From positions 28,959-92,958 of the IMG/VR virus record IMGVR_UViG_3300047372_000605: 64,000 nt of DNA. The stretch is one strand, 5' to 3'. Source of the stretch: a virus. Of this stretch, positions 20,262 through 30,336 are shown piece after piece. Each line of letters begins with the position of its first letter. Position 1 is the stretch's first letter. Both the position numbers and the translations under genes were made by a program. The notes under the pieces were generated by a model. It saw only the letters and a program-made list of their open reading frames with translations, ran no database searches and had not been told where the DNA came from.

Positions 20262-20790
20262 GCAAACTTAGGATGCACAAACAGCTCACCAAAATGGGAG
20301 CTTAGTAATTTAATAACAGGGTAGTTTAAACACCCACAAAACTAAATGATATGAGTACATTATTTCACGAACGAACACCGTTCGACATTTTATTCAAAAA
20401 CTTCTTTCAAGCAGAAGGAAAATTTCAACCAACAACATTCGAAAACAAACAACCTCACCCACTAGATATATTCTATAATGATGATGGTCTCAATTTTGAG
20501 ATTGCCTGTACAGGTTTAACTAAAAAAGATATACAATTAAAAATTGATGGAGATCAATTAAATATATCTTATGATAAACCATCAGAAGAAGAATCATATG
20601 AGGGTTATATCTATAAAGGACTAGCTAAAAGGTCTTTTAAACTAGGATATAAAATAGCAGCTAAATTTGATTTATCAAAAATAGAAGCTAAAATGGAAAA
20701 TGGTTTACTCCATTTATTCATCCCAACAGCCGCAGATAAAAAATCAAAAATAGTAACAATAAAATAAAAAAAACTGCATCCTAGGTTTGC
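20262..20790. repeat. 16-bp inverted repeat bracketing hsp20
   Basis: GCAAACTTAGGATGCA (20262-20277) vs TGCATCCTAGGTTTGC (20775-20790); the only mismatch is a G-U pair in RNA. Confidence 0.85.
20351..20767 (+). CDS. Small heat-shock protein (Hsp20)
   Basis: YKGLAKRSF...AKMENGLLHLFIP alpha-crystallin domain. Confidence 0.92.
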   Translation: MSTLFHERTPFDILFKNFFQAEGKFQPTTFENKQPHPLDIFYNDDGLNFEIACTGLTKKDIQLKIDGDQLNISYDKPSEEESYEGYIYKGLAKRSFKLGYKIAAKFDLSKIEAKMENGLLHLFIPTAADKKSKIVTIK

Positions 20791-20814
20791 TTATTAAACT
20801 ATTTTTATTATATT
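20785..20814 (+). promoter_or_regulatory. Promoter variant upstream of groES
   Basis: TTTGC...ATTATATT (spacing 1 nt shorter). Confidence 0.5.
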
Positions 20815-20842
20815 ACCCACAAACATTAAATTAAATTAAGTT

Positions 20843-21208
20843 ATGGAATTAGAAGCATTATTCGATGCCGTTATTGTTAAACCTCAAGAAGAGGAAGAGA
20901 CACAATATGGATCAATAGTAGTACCCGATTTAGGAAAAGACAGAAACGAACATGGAGAAGTAGTTGCTGTGGGTCCTGGAAGACAAGTAGCAGGAATTGG
21001 CTTTGTAGAAACTAATATTAAAGTTGGAGATAAAGTAATTCTACCAACAATAGGTTTTACTAAACTTGAACATAAAGGAGATGAATATTATATCGGTTCT
21101 GAAAATCAAATATTAGCAAGAATAAATAATACAACATCAGTAGAGGATGTTTTAGCAGAAACAGAAGTATCAGAGGAAGATTTTGATGCTCTTAAATCAA
21201 TAGATTAA
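20843..21208 (+). CDS. groES: Co-chaperonin GroES
   Basis: GSIVVPD, GEVVAVGPG, VGDKVI. Confidence 0.92.
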   Translation: MELEALFDAVIVKPQEEEETQYGSIVVPDLGKDRNEHGEVVAVGPGRQVAGIGFVETNIKVGDKVILPTIGFTKLEHKGDEYYIGSENQILARINNTTSVEDVLAETEVSEEDFDALKSID

Positions 21209-21209
21209 G

Positions 21210-22817
21210 ATGAGTAAAATTATAGAATTTGGCCCTGAAGCCAGAAAAAAACTAGTAAAAGGAATAGACCAAATAGCAGATGCTGTAGTATCTACATTAG
21301 GTCCAAATGGTAGGAATGTTGTTATTTCTAAACCAGGCCAAACACCACAATCAACAAAAGATGGTGTAACAGTAGCAAAAAATATTTCATTAGAAGATCC
21401 AACTGAAGAGTTAGGAGTTCAAATGCTTAAACAAGCAGCTATTAAAACCGCAGATAAAGCAGGAGATGGTACAACTACTTCTACTCTATTAGCTAGAGAA
21501 ATGGTTAAAGCAGGTTTATCAGCTTTAGATAGTGGAGCAAATGCTGTTGATATTAAAAGAGGAATTGATAAAGCTGTAGAACAGGTAATTCACCATTTAA
21601 CCCCATTTCAAGAAGATGTCTCATCTCAAGAACAATTAGAGCAAGTAGCTACTATTTCAGCTAATAACGATGAAACTATAGGTAAATTAATTGCTACTGC
21701 AATGGAAAAAGTAGGTAGAGAAGGGGTAGTACATATTGAAGAATCTAAAACAGGTGAAACTTATCTTGAAACCGTAGAGGGTATGCAATTTGATAGAGGT
21801 TATAAATCTCCTTATTTTGTTACTGATAATAATACTATGTCTACTACTTTGAATGATTGTTATGTTTTAATAGCAGATCATACTTTTACCCAAGTAAAAG
21901 AATTATTACCGATATTAGAAAGTGTATCAAATACAAATAAATCCCTTTTAATCATTGCCAAAGACATAGACAATGAAGCATTAGCTACCCTTATTGTAAA
22001 TAAAATGAGAGGTTCATTAAAAGTATGTGCTGTTAAAGCTCCTGAATTTGGAGATAGACAAAAATTAGTTCTAGATGACATAGCTGTTCTAACTGGAGGT
22101 CAAGTATTCAGTAAAGAAAAAGGTATGAAACTAGAAAAGTTTAGTTGGGAATGGTTTGGTGAAGCTAGAGTATCTACTATTACTAAAGAAAAAACTACAA
22201 TTGTAGATGGTAAAGGTTCAGAAGAAGCAATTACTGCTAGAGTAGAAGAATTATCTCAACAAATAGAAAGAGCTGATACACCATTTGCAATGGAAAAGTT
22301 ACAAGATAGAATGTCTAAATTCGTAGGTGGAGTAGCAATTGTTCATGTAGGTGGAAATACTGAAACTGAGATGAATGAAAGAAAAGATAGAGTAGATGAT
22401 GCCCTTAATGCCACAAAAGCAGCTATTGAAGAAGGTATTCTACCAGGAGGAGGAGTTGCAATAGCAAGAGCTACACAGTGGGTAGAATATAATGGTAATG
22501 TAGATTTTAACATTGGAGTAGATATTGTTAAAATAGCATGTCAAAAACCATATGAACAAATCTTAAAAAATGCTGGAATAAATGAAATTCCTGAATTGGC
22601 AGAAGATGGAGAGTGGGAAGGATTTGATATTAGACAAAATAAAATGGTAGACTTTAAAGAAGCGGGTATTATAGATCCATTTAAGGTTACTAGAAGTGCA
22701 TTACAAAATGCTGCATCAATAGCTGGAACTATTCTGTTAACAGAAGCCACAGTTGTTGATAAACCATCAGAAAATACAACACCAGAAATAGATCCATCCA
22801 TGATGGGTATGATGTAA
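21210..22817 (+). CDS. groEL: Chaperonin GroEL
   Basis: TLGPNGRNV, KDGVTVAK, GDGTTT, C-terminal MMGMM. Confidence 0.97.
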   Translation: MSKIIEFGPEARKKLVKGIDQIADAVVSTLGPNGRNVVISKPGQTPQSTKDGVTVAKNISLEDPTEELGVQMLKQAAIKTADKAGDGTTTSTLLAREMVKAGLSALDSGANAVDIKRGIDKAVEQVIHHLTPFQEDVSSQEQLEQVATISANNDETIGKLIATAMEKVGREGVVHIEESKTGETYLETVEGMQFDRGYKSPYFVTDNNTMSTTLNDCYVLIADHTFTQVKELLPILESVSNTNKSLLIIAKDIDNEALATLIVNKMRGSLKVCAVKAPEFGDRQKLVLDDIAVLTGGQVFSKEKGMKLEKFSWEWFGEARVSTITKEKTTIVDGKGSEEAITARVEELSQQIERADTPFAMEKLQDRMSKFVGGVAIVHVGGNTETEMNERKDRVDDALNATKAAIEEGILPGGGVAIARATQWVEYNGNVDFNIGVDIVKIACQKPYEQILKNAGINEIPELAEDGEWEGFDIRQNKMVDFKEAGIIDPFKVTRSALQNAASIAGTILLTEATVVDKPSENTTPEIDPSMMGMM

Positions 22818-22818
22818 T

Positions 22819-23082
22819 ATGAAAACAGAAGTTATAGAAAGAAATGAGTTAATAGCTACTAGAGTTCCACCTGGAGACAGATGGAATCTAGTAGATGACT
22901 CAAAAAAAGTTATTCACAAAAGTTTAACAGATGCTTTGGAAGCCTACCTAGGAGTTACTAACTTTAAGGGTGAGTATAGATTAGATCCTATTGGGAGTAA
23001 ATTATATGCTATTAAAACTTCTGAAGAAGAGGTTAAACCTGAACCAATAAAGAAGTATAACATTTATGGAGATGAATATTAA
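22819..23082 (+). CDS. Hypothetical protein
   Basis: 87-aa ORF. Confidence 0.6.
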   Translation: MKTEVIERNELIATRVPPGDRWNLVDDSKKVIHKSLTDALEAYLGVTNFKGEYRLDPIGSKLYAIKTSEEEVKPEPIKKYNIYGDEY

Positions 23083-23416
23083 AATTGATGAGTCCTAAAT
23101 TACCTAAAAAACAACGCTTATGGAAAATTTAGATATAATTATAGGAACCCTGATTGGATCAGGTTTAACTACTTTAGTGGCATTTTTTATTACTAGGGTT
23201 TCAAATCGATTCAAACAGATAAATCAAGATTTACATGATGTAAATCAAGAACAATCAGCTCAATTGAATGAGATGTACGAAAGTACTTCAAAAGAAATTG
23301 AGAATTTACATAGAGAACTTGATTCTCAAATTAATAAACTAGAATCTAGATTGGTAAAACAATTTAAAGATTATAATTACAATAAATAATTAACCAATTT
23401 AGGACTCTCAATTTTA
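23080..23416. repeat. 21-bp inverted repeat (1-nt bulge) bracketing gene 23120-23389
   Basis: TAAAATTGA-t-GAGTCCTAAATT (23080-23101) vs AATTTAGGACTCTCAATTTTA (23396-23416). Confidence 0.88.
23120..23389 (+). CDS. Single-TM + coiled-coil protein
   Basis: N-terminal hydrophobic helix followed by a heptad-rich tail. Confidence 0.65.
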   Translation: MENLDIIIGTLIGSGLTTLVAFFITRVSNRFKQINQDLHDVNQEQSAQLNEMYESTSKEIENLHRELDSQINKLESRLVKQFKDYNYNK

Positions 23417-24339
23417 TGAAAGAACATTCATTATTAGTAGAAAAATATAGATCAAAAGATTTAACAGAGTATGTAGGAAATGAACACATTAAAACACAAA
23501 TACAAAAATATCTAGACCAAGATGATATTCAAAACTTTATATTCTATGGTCCTGCTGGTACTGGAAAAACAACCCTTGCTAAACTTATTGTTAATAATCT
23601 GGAGTGTGACTACCTTTACATCAACGCTTCTGATGAACGAGGTATCGAAACTATTAGGGATAAAGTCACAAGTTTCTCAAGCACTATATCGTTTAAAAAG
23701 ATTAAAGTTGTCATCCTTGATGAGGCGGATTTTCTCACCATCCAAGCACAAGCATCTCTAAGAAATACAATTGAAACGTTTTCAAGAACCACACGTTTCA
23801 TCCTCACTTGTAATTTTATAGAGCGTATTATAGATCCGCTTCAATCAAGGTGTCAAACATTAAAAATAGTACCACCAAGCAAAAAAGAAGTAGCAAAACA
23901 TATAAAAGGGATACTAGACAAAGAACAAACAAAGTTCAAAATTGAAGCTCTTGTTAACATAGTTAATAAACATCATCCGGATATACGAAAAATGTTAAAC
24001 ACTATTCAGTTATCAACACAAAATAATGAATTAGTATTAGATGAATCTATTTTAGTATCATCCAATTATATTAAACAAATTATAGAAGAACTAAAACAGA
24101 AAAAAACCGATTTTAGAAAACTAAGGCAAATAATAGCCGATTCTCAAGTACGTGATTTTGAAGAATTATATAGAGCATTATTTGATCATGCCTCCGAATA
24201 TGCCATTGGTAGAGAAGGAAGTGTAGCCATAATTTTAAATGAGCATCAATATCATTCTAACTTTCGTATTGATAAGGAAGTCAATATAGCGAGTGCATTA
24301 GCCAAAATAATTGAAATAAAAAAACCTCAAGTAATATAA
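23416..24339 (+). CDS. Clamp loader ATPase (gp44/RFC-like)
   Basis: VEKYR, GPAGTGKT, NASDERGI, ILDEAD, SRC. Confidence 0.93.
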   Translation: MKEHSLLVEKYRSKDLTEYVGNEHIKTQIQKYLDQDDIQNFIFYGPAGTGKTTLAKLIVNNLECDYLYINASDERGIETIRDKVTSFSSTISFKKIKVVILDEADFLTIQAQASLRNTIETFSRTTRFILTCNFIERIIDPLQSRCQTLKIVPPSKKEVAKHIKGILDKEQTKFKIEALVNIVNKHHPDIRKMLNTIQLSTQNNELVLDESILVSSNYIKQIIEELKQKKTDFRKLRQIIADSQVRDFEELYRALFDHASEYAIGREGSVAIILNEHQYHSNFRIDKEVNIASALAKIIEIKKPQVI

Positions 24340-24882
24340 ATGGATTTTTATTATCAAATAGGTCCTGTTATAACAACTACACCATGGATAACCCCTCCTC
24401 CATTAGATAAAGTAAATGATTGGTGGAATGATTTTTCTAAAAATAGTTTTGAAGACTATAATGTATGGATAGGAGGAAAATATGTTATTGATCCAGATAA
24501 TACTAATGACGTAGATATAATACTAACAGGACCTGTCTATGATTATATTAGATTATTTAACTTATTTAAAAATGCAACAGAATTAGGATTCAAAAACCAA
24601 ATACTAATAGACATATGTCATTATGATAGTATAGATTTTTTTAAATATCCTAGGAATAAAGATTTTATAAGGTATCATTTAAGGACAAAATTAAGTGGGA
24701 AAGAAATTAAAAAAATAGATGGTAAAACTGTTTTAGAAAATGAATCTACAACATCACTATTAAACCACAATATTCCAAAGGAATTAGCAGTTAATTTAAT
24801 TAAATTTCCTATGGAAAAACAAATAGAAGATAGTAGGATATATGATCCTATATTATTAAATAGAAAAAAAATAAATAAATGA
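24340..24882 (+). CDS. Putative Pol-beta-family nucleotidyltransferase
   Basis: WIGG-x-NDVDII motif and a later IDI. Confidence 0.5.
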   Translation: MDFYYQIGPVITTTPWITPPPLDKVNDWWNDFSKNSFEDYNVWIGGKYVIDPDNTNDVDIILTGPVYDYIRLFNLFKNATELGFKNQILIDICHYDSIDFFKYPRNKDFIRYHLRTKLSGKEIKKIDGKTVLENESTTSLLNHNIPKELAVNLIKFPMEKQIEDSRIYDPILLNRKKINK

Positions 24883-25124
24883 AAAATCCACAACAACAAG
24901 GAATGAATATTGACTTTAAAAACACAACCTCAATTGAAGGATTCGATGGAGGTTTATTATTTGGTCAAGCATTTGTATTAAGAAAAGTATCAAAATTCGT
25001 AGCAGGAACAGATGAAGATGCAATGCTTCCAATACCTGTATTTTATGATTTAGAGACTAAAAAAATAATAGCTGATTCTTTACCAAAAGAAATTAGAGAA
25101 GATTATAAAGATATTACGATATGA
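24879..25124 (+). CDS. Hypothetical protein
   Basis: 81-aa ORF. Confidence 0.6.
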   Translation: MKNPQQQGMNIDFKNTTSIEGFDGGLLFGQAFVLRKVSKFVAGTDEDAMLPIPVFYDLETKKIIADSLPKEIREDYKDITI

Positions 25125-25184
25125 TATATGTAGGAATTACATTTGCGATAGGATTAATTTTAATAGGAATTTGGGTATACAAAG

Positions 25185-25622
25185 GTGAGCAAGAACGAAA
25201 AGGACAAGATTAAAAATATTTTTGACTGGTTACAACATATAACGTTGTATAAGACACCTGCTTCAGAATTCACGGATAACGACTGGGAAAAATTTAATTC
25301 ATATATGGTGCATAGATTTGTTAGTATGCACGTATATTACGTTGAAATCGCAGATTATGCGCAAAGTATGTTACCAACTATGAAAAAACAAATATATAAT
25401 TTTTATAAAGAAATGTTACCTAAAAAGAAAGTATGGTTACAATATATAAAGTCAAAAACTGAAAACATTAACAAAGATTTAGTAGAAGACATAGCAAAAT
25501 ACTATGAAGTTGGAGCAGCAGATGCTCTTTCATATATTACAGTAATGACTAAAGAAGAAATACCCATTATATTACGTGAAATGGGTAAAGACGAAAAAGA
25601 AATTAAAAAATTACTAAAATGA
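25185..25622 (+). CDS. Clamp loader small subunit (gp62-like)
   Basis: FNSYMVHRFVSM...YNFY...PKKK, near gp44. Confidence 0.7.
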   Translation: MSKNEKDKIKNIFDWLQHITLYKTPASEFTDNDWEKFNSYMVHRFVSMHVYYVEIADYAQSMLPTMKKQIYNFYKEMLPKKKVWLQYIKSKTENINKDLVEDIAKYYEVGAADALSYITVMTKEEIPIILREMGKDEKEIKKLLK

Positions 25623-25771
25623 GCAGGTTAGAAGAATTACTTTATAGTGCTGAAGAACATGGCAAACGACAACAAATGTTTGAAGAAATTTTAAAAGTAA
25701 GAGATCAAAATCCTAAATTCACTTTAGAACAACAGTACGAACAAGCATATCAAAATGTAATGAAAACATGA
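25619..25771 (+). CDS. 50-aa hypothetical protein (not in ORF track)
   Basis: MSRLEELLYSAEEHG...MKT*, ATGA-coupled on both sides. Confidence 0.55.
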   Translation: MSRLEELLYSAEEHGKRQQMFEEILKVRDQNPKFTLEQQYEQAYQNVMKT

Positions 25772-25995
25772 AAAAAAGTAAAGTTATACAAGCTTTAACT
25801 GCACAGGCTAATGCAGATAAAGCAAAAGCCATGATGGCACTAGATTTATTAGAAAACCAGGCAGTAGGAATTGGTGATCACACAGTAAATGATTTTATGA
25901 AAGATGCTACAGAAGCATTAGAATTATTAACTGATGCAGATGATAGATTAGAAACATTAAATAAATATTGGGGTGAACAACCTCTACCTTTTTAA
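25768..25995 (+). CDS. Hypothetical helical protein ending PLPF
   Basis: VGIGDH motif, helical hairpin. Confidence 0.6.
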   Translation: MKKSKVIQALTAQANADKAKAMMALDLLENQAVGIGDHTVNDFMKDATEALELLTDADDRLETLNKYWGEQPLPF

Positions 25996-25996
25996 T

Positions 25997-26371
25997 ATGA
26001 ATAAGGAAGAATTAATAAAAGAATTAGAAGAATCAGACCACATAGTGGCTCATTTTGAAAAAGAATATCCTGAATTATCTCAGGAATTTAAAATAATCCA
26101 GGATGAAATGTATAGAATGTTTGCTGCTAAACATATGGATTATGGTTTGCAAAACATTTCATTAGGAGGAGATTTAACTAAAGAAAACGATAAAAAATTT
26201 TCATTAACAGGTTTAGCTATTAGGTTAACAGATAAAATTTCAAGATTAAGAAATTTACTTACTAATGGTAGGAATTTTGTTAAAGGTGAAGGAATGGAAG
26301 ACACGTTTATAGACATAGCTAATTATGGTATAATTGGTTTACTAGTAGGACGTGACAAGTGGAAAAAATAA
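25997..26371 (+). CDS. DUF1599-like nucleotide-modification-associated protein
   Basis: KHMDYG, IRLTDKISRL, EDTFIDIANYGII. Confidence 0.75.
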   Translation: MNKEELIKELEESDHIVAHFEKEYPELSQEFKIIQDEMYRMFAAKHMDYGLQNISLGGDLTKENDKKFSLTGLAIRLTDKISRLRNLLTNGRNFVKGEGMEDTFIDIANYGIIGLLVGRDKWKK

Positions 26372-27319
26372 ATGGCTAAAACACCTGCAATAGTAAAAGA
26401 GATACAACTAGCTCCTAAAAGGGAATTAGATTATTCTTATCAAAAGAACATTTCATATTCACAATATACAATGTGGAAAAAATGTCCTAAACAATGGGCA
26501 TTACAATATAGAGATGGTCACAAAGTATATAAACCAAGCATTCACACAGTATTTGGAAAAGCATTACATGAAGCATTTCAACATTATATTCAAACAATGT
26601 ATGAAACAAGTGCAGCAGCAGCTGATAGGGAAGATATTAATGAAATGCTTAAAGACCAACTTAGAGCACACTATCAAGATGAATATAAGAAAAATAACAA
26701 ACAACATTTTTCTAACCCAGGTGAATTAAGTGAATTTTATCAAGATGGTGTTGAAATATTAAATTACCTAAAAAAACATAGAGGTAAATATTTTTCTAAA
26801 CGAGGTTGGCATTTAGTAGGAATAGAAACACCTATATTAATGCCTCCTGTAAAATATAACCCTAATATTTTATTCATGGGTTATTTAGACATTGTAATGT
26901 ACAATGAAAAATTAAATAAATTTAAAATAATAGACATTAAAACCTCTACTAATGGTTGGAAATTAGATTATGTTAAAAAAGACGAAGACAAACAATTCCA
27001 ACTTATACTATACAAAAAATTCTTTGCAGAACAATTTGGAGTAGACGAAAAAGATATTGATATTGAGTTTTTTATTACAAGAAGGAAAGTATACGAAGAA
27101 GGAGATTTCCCACAGAAACGATTCCAAATGTATTCTCCCCCTTCAGGTAAGATAAAAATAAGTAGGGCAACTAAAGCAATAGAAGAATTTATGAGTGAAT
27201 GTTTTATAAAAAATGAACACTCAACAAAAGAAATGTTACCTAACCCAAGTAAATGGAACTGTACTTTCTGTGCTTTTAAAGAAGACAAAAAACTATGCGG
27301 TTTAGGTGCATTTTTATAA
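26372..27319 (+). CDS. PD-(D/E)XK Cas4/RecB-like exonuclease
   Basis: ISYSQ...CP, GYLD, IIDIKT, QLILY, C-terminal CxxC...C. Confidence 0.85.
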   Translation: MAKTPAIVKEIQLAPKRELDYSYQKNISYSQYTMWKKCPKQWALQYRDGHKVYKPSIHTVFGKALHEAFQHYIQTMYETSAAAADREDINEMLKDQLRAHYQDEYKKNNKQHFSNPGELSEFYQDGVEILNYLKKHRGKYFSKRGWHLVGIETPILMPPVKYNPNILFMGYLDIVMYNEKLNKFKIIDIKTSTNGWKLDYVKKDEDKQFQLILYKKFFAEQFGVDEKDIDIEFFITRRKVYEEGDFPQKRFQMYSPPSGKIKISRATKAIEEFMSECFIKNEHSTKEMLPNPSKWNCTFCAFKEDKKLCGLGAFL

Positions 27320-27362
27320 AAATTAGTATATTTATATATAAAGTTTTAATAAATTAAAGATT

Positions 27363-27551
27363 ATGAATAATAAAAAAGAAAAAACACTAACCAGTGTTAA
27401 AATACAAAGTGATTTATTTCAAGATTTCAAAATAGAGTGCGTAAAACGTAAATTTTCCTTCCAGAAACTTGCCGACCGTGCTATTTATTTGTATCTTACA
27501 GATGAAGATTTTAGAAGAACGATTAGTAATCAAACCAATTTAGAATTATAA
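27363..27551 (+). CDS. Small ribbon-helix-helix-like protein
   Basis: TSVKI strand followed by two helices. Confidence 0.5.
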   Translation: MNNKKEKTLTSVKIQSDLFQDFKIECVKRKFSFQKLADRAIYLYLTDEDFRRTISNQTNLEL

Positions 27552-27552
27552 A

Positions 27553-29010
27553 ATGAATAAAGATTATAAGTACCTTCCTAAAGACCAAAGGAAAAAAATA
27601 CTACTAATATGCGATGATATTAGAGTACATTCAGGGGTAGCAACTATAGCCCAACAAATTGTTAAAAAAACATGCCAACATTATAATTGGGTTCAAATTG
27701 CAGGGGCAATTAAACACCCTGATCAAGGTAAAAAATTATCACTAGATAAAGAAATGGCAAAAGAGACAGGAGTAAAAGATCCAAGTATAATGTTATATCC
27801 AGTACATCAATATGGTGATAGCACTTTTCTTAGACAAATTATCAACCACGAAAAACCAGATGCTATAATGATATTTACAGATCCTAGATATTTTGCTTGG
27901 TTATTTGCTATAGAAAATGAAATTAGAAAAAATATCCCTATTATATACCTTAATATTTGGGATGATTATCCAGCTCCTTTATATAATAAAGAATTTTATG
28001 AGTCGTGTGATTTATTATTTGGAATTTCAAAACAAACAGTAAATATAAATAAAATTGTTTTAGGAGATAAGGCAGCGGATAAAATTATAGAATACCTTCC
28101 ACATGGTTTAGACCATACTGATTATAAACCTTTATCTGAGTATAATGAAGAAGAAAGTAAGGGGTTAGAAAAAATGAAAAAGTATTTTTTTGGTAAAGAT
28201 GAAGTAGATTTTTGTTTATTTTTTAATTCTAGAAATATTAGGAGAAAGCAAATTCCTGATACATTATGGGCTTTTAGAATGTTTTTAGATAATTTACCTA
28301 AAGAAAAAGCAGATAAATGTAGATTTTTATTACATACAGAGATGGTATCTGAAGCAGGAACTGATTTAAGAGCTGTAGCTGAATTATTATTCGGAGATGG
28401 TAAATATCCTAAAGCTATTATTTTTGATACTAAAAGATGGGAAGTTAAAGACTTAAGATACTTATATAATATTTCAGATTGTCAAATTCTTTTAACATCA
28501 AATGAAGGATGGGGATTAACAATAACAGAGGGGATACTTTCAGGTAACCCTATTATAGCTAATACAACAGGAGGAATGCAAGATCAAATGAGATTTAAAG
28601 ATGAAAAAGGAAAATGGTTTACACCATCACCAGAAGTACCTTCAAATAATACAGGCAAATATAAAAAACATGGTGAATGGGCATTTCCGGTTTATCCAAC
28701 TTCTAGATCACTTCAAGGATCACCTGTTACACCTTATATTTGGGATGATAGATGTAAACCTGAAGATGCAGCTGATAGAATAAGAGAAGTATATGATTTA
28801 GGACCAGAAAAGAGAAAAGAAGCAGGTCTTAAAGGTAGAGAATGGGCACTCAGTGATGAAGCTGGATTTACAGCTGAGGCACAAGGTAAAAAATTTATCG
28901 ATGTTACTGATAAATTATTTAATACCTGGGAGTCAAGAGAAGCTTTTGAAGTAATAGATACTGATGAAGCTAATATTTTAAGAATTCAAACACATGATTT
29001 AGTATATTAA
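27553..29010 (+). CDS. GT4-like glycosyltransferase
   Basis: HSGVA, PHG, RNIRRKQ, EGWGLTITE. Confidence 0.85.
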   Translation: MNKDYKYLPKDQRKKILLICDDIRVHSGVATIAQQIVKKTCQHYNWVQIAGAIKHPDQGKKLSLDKEMAKETGVKDPSIMLYPVHQYGDSTFLRQIINHEKPDAIMIFTDPRYFAWLFAIENEIRKNIPIIYLNIWDDYPAPLYNKEFYESCDLLFGISKQTVNINKIVLGDKAADKIIEYLPHGLDHTDYKPLSEYNEEESKGLEKMKKYFFGKDEVDFCLFFNSRNIRRKQIPDTLWAFRMFLDNLPKEKADKCRFLLHTEMVSEAGTDLRAVAELLFGDGKYPKAIIFDTKRWEVKDLRYLYNISDCQILLTSNEGWGLTITEGILSGNPIIANTTGGMQDQMRFKDEKGKWFTPSPEVPSNNTGKYKKHGEWAFPVYPTSRSLQGSPVTPYIWDDRCKPEDAADRIREVYDLGPEKRKEAGLKGREWALSDEAGFTAEAQGKKFIDVTDKLFNTWESREAFEVIDTDEANILRIQTHDLVY

Positions 29011-29011
29011 T

Positions 29012-30334
29012 ATGAAAAAAACAGTTATAATAAGTTGTCCTATAGACACATACTCAGGTTATGGAGCAAGAGGAAGAGATGTAGTTAAAGCATTTTATGA
29101 GTTAGATAATTACGATGTAAAAGTATTACCTCAAAGGTGGGGAGATACACCTTGGGGTTTTATAGATGACCATGAAGAAGAGTGGGGTTTTTTAAATCCT
29201 CTTTTAATAACCCCAGAAACGGGTCAATTACAACAGCCTGATATTTGGGTGCAAATAACAATACCTAATGAATTTATGCCTCAAGGAAAATTTAATATTG
29301 GTATTACTGCAGGGATTGAATCTAATTTAGCACCTGCTGATTGGCTAGTAGGATGTAATAGAATGAATTTAGTATTAGGTTCATCTAAACATACAATTGA
29401 GGTTCTTAAAGCTAGTAAATGGGAACAACAAGATAAAAGAACAGGTCAAAAACAATCAGTAATGGTAAACCCTAACTTACCTATGGATATTTTATTTGAA
29501 GGTTTTAATGAAAAAAATTATAAAAAAACAACTGATAAATTAGATTTGCCCGAAATTAAAGAACAGTTTTGTTTCTTATTTACTGGAATGTGGATTCAAG
29601 GAGACTTTGGACATGATAGAAAAAATATAGGAGTAATGATAAAAACATTTTTAGATACTTTTAAAAATAAACAAAAACAACCAGCTTTAATTCTTAAAAC
29701 AAGTGCTGGAAGTGCTTCTTATTCTAGTAGACAACAAATATTAAAAAGAATTAATGATATTAAATCTCAAGTAAAAGGCAAATTACCTAAAATATATTTA
29801 ATTCATGGAGATCTTACTGATGGAGAAATGAATCAGTTATATAACCACCCTCAGGTAAAATGTATGGTTAGCGCTACAAAAGGAGAAGGATTTGGTAGAC
29901 CATTACTTGAATTTACCCAAACTAAAAAACCTATAATAGCTTCAGGTTGGTCAGGTCATGTTGATTTTCTTAAACCAGATATGAGTTATTTAGTTCAAGG
30001 GAAATTACATAATGTTCATCCAAGTGCAGCTAATAAATGGTTAGTTAAAGAATCTCAATGGTTTGACATTGACACAGCAGCTTTAAATAATGCTTTTAAA
30101 ACGATATATTTAAAATATAAAGACTGGGTTGTAAGAGCTAAAAAACAGGGAAACTTTACTAAAGAAAATTTTAGTTATACAGCTATGAAAGAAAAATTAG
30201 GTAATATTTTAAAAGAAAAAACTGGGAATATGCCTCAACAAGTTGGGTTGAGTTTGCCTAAACTTAAAAAAGTAGGAAAAAATGATAAACCTGAACTTCC
30301 TAAATTAAAACTACCCAAACTTCAAAAATTGTAA
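29012..30334 (+). CDS. GT4-like glycosyltransferase
   Basis: SGYG, DRKN, GEGFGRPLLE. Confidence 0.85.
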   Translation: MKKTVIISCPIDTYSGYGARGRDVVKAFYELDNYDVKVLPQRWGDTPWGFIDDHEEEWGFLNPLLITPETGQLQQPDIWVQITIPNEFMPQGKFNIGITAGIESNLAPADWLVGCNRMNLVLGSSKHTIEVLKASKWEQQDKRTGQKQSVMVNPNLPMDILFEGFNEKNYKKTTDKLDLPEIKEQFCFLFTGMWIQGDFGHDRKNIGVMIKTFLDTFKNKQKQPALILKTSAGSASYSSRQQILKRINDIKSQVKGKLPKIYLIHGDLTDGEMNQLYNHPQVKCMVSATKGEGFGRPLLEFTQTKKPIIASGWSGHVDFLKPDMSYLVQGKLHNVHPSAANKWLVKESQWFDIDTAALNNAFKTIYLKYKDWVVRAKKQGNFTKENFSYTAMKEKLGNILKEKTGNMPQQVGLSLPKLKKVGKNDKPELPKLKLPKLQKL

Positions 30335-30336
30335 AA

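Noticed and set aside
23090-23407. GAGTCCTAA and TTAGGACTC are each one mismatch from CIRCE half-sites, near groEL
   Set aside because: Wrong order, ~300 nt apart instead of 9, and downstream of groEL; better explained as arms of the long inverted repeat
26372-27319. Cas4-like gene as evidence of CRISPR-Cas
   Set aside because: Stand-alone phage PD-(D/E)XK exonuclease in a replication context
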